Positions 63,057 through 64,000 of a stretch of 64,000 nt of DNA are shown here, one piece after another (the stretch's first letter is position 1; every line of letters begins with the position of its first letter). Source of the stretch: Eledone cirrhosa (taxonomy: Eukaryota); contig OZ024743.1 in NCBI GenBank assembly GCA_964016885.1, positions 358,298,001-358,362,000 on the forward strand, written 5' to 3'. Under the pieces are notes generated by a model. That model ran no database searches. It was given only the letters and a program-made list of their open reading frames with translations, and was not told the origin of the DNA. A program made the position numbers and the translations under genes.

Positions 63057-64000
63057 CCCTATAAAGCTGACGGCCGTATGTAAGTAACAAACTTTCCGCT
63101 AAGCGGCTGGAACAAACGGCGCCAAATTTGCACCATAGATGTAACTTTTTCCAAGTAAGAAAGTGAGGGTATTTTTGTCTACTGAATTTTGTTAAAAGAT
63201 TAAATACATTATTTAAATATTCACTTCTTTAAAATGTTCAAATGTCAACACTTCCAGTTATATGACATTCCTAACGTCTTCACGAACCAAAGCATCATCT
63301 TCCTGTTTTCTTTCGGTTGCAACGTTTTTCGAAATATTTACTTCTGCGTTCACAGATTGATTTTTTTTAGTTTCAGAAGATCCCGTTAAGGATGAAAGCA
63401 GCGATTCTTTGCTTAAACTTTAATCTGTTATTTTAATATATATATATATATATATAATTACATATTCGTGTACAGATATTTTTGCATACACAAAAACAAA
63501 ATATAAACAAACGTATTTATTTCACGAAAGCACAGACGGCTTATCGTCATTGTTACTGCCGATATGCCACCCAAACGTCCTAGCCTGGCCGCAAGATCAG
63601 ATTTTCCAGAAGAAAAAATGTTATAACAAACGTATTTATTTCACGAAAGCACAGACGGCTTATCCTCATTGTTACTGCCGATATGCCACCCAAAACGTCC
63701 TAGCCTGGCCGCAAGATCAGATTTTCCAGAAGAAAAAATGTTATAACAAGCGTATTTATTTCACGAAAGCACAGACGGCTTATCGTCATTGTTACTGCCG
63801 ATATGCCACCCAAAAAGTCCTGGCCTTGCCGCAAGATCAGATTTTCCAGAAGAAAAAATGTTACTAGAGCAACAGAGAGACTAAGCTTCGTGATTACCAT
63901 CAACAAAGCTCAGGGTCAAACCCTAAATGTGGCTGGCCTTCATCTGGGAAAACCATGGTCAATTGTATGTAGGATGCTCTAGGGTGATCTCGCCAAACAA
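63057..64000 (+). mobile_element. Non-autonomous Helitron with a PIF1-type helicase remnant (63880-63985)
   Basis: LSFVITINKAQGQTLNVAGLHLGKP / HGQLYVGCSRV, the Helitron helicase C-terminal motifs; 5' boundary approximate. Confidence 0.72.
63504..63864. repeat. Three tandem copies of a ~120-bp unit
   Basis: aacaaacgtatttatttcacgaaagcacagacggc...gaaaaaatgtta three times. Confidence 0.92.

Noticed and set aside
63504-63864. CRISPR-like periodicity (also 54933-55262)
   Set aside because: Whole units repeat with no unique spacers; eukaryotic context, no cas genes.

Overview
Eukaryotic, microsatellite-rich, transposon-dominated DNA with no prokaryotic features. The tRNA-head/Nin(Deu)-domain SINEs and overall repeat profile point to a mollusc, probably an octopus (inference). 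Most ORFs in the track are artefacts of simple repeats. Four zones: (1) 1-4.5 kb, a decayed L1/Tx1-clade LINE whose 5' end abuts (GATA)n. (2) 8.2-30.9 kb, a ~22 kb pile-up of two unrelated non-LTR retrotransposons joined almost always through (TAA)n: R4/Dong-type (RT + restriction-like endonuclease) always on +, Tx1-type (APE + RT) always on -; one Tx1 copy has an intact 1139-aa ORF2. (3) 31-41 kb, a (TA)n-rich field of Penelope-like fragments, fold-back palindromes and 13 type-I hammerhead ribozyme cores, including a ~330-350 bp retrozyme-like tandem unit (a 14th core lies at 47.9 kb). (4) 41-64 kb, SINE clusters, RTE remnants, Helitron and MITE pieces, a CRE-type retrotransposon and a Penelope-like RT-GIY-YIG element. 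Best leads: opposite-strand sharing of one microsatellite target by Tx1 and Dong; a conserved G|GTAAGT donor overlapping the Tx1 ORF1 stop with a strong acceptor in the 3' UTR (ORF2 as an intron); ORF1 exchange at that same boundary; a SINE whose 3' tail matches the Tx1 3' end; and the hammerhead cluster. Only one weak host-exon candidate was seen.
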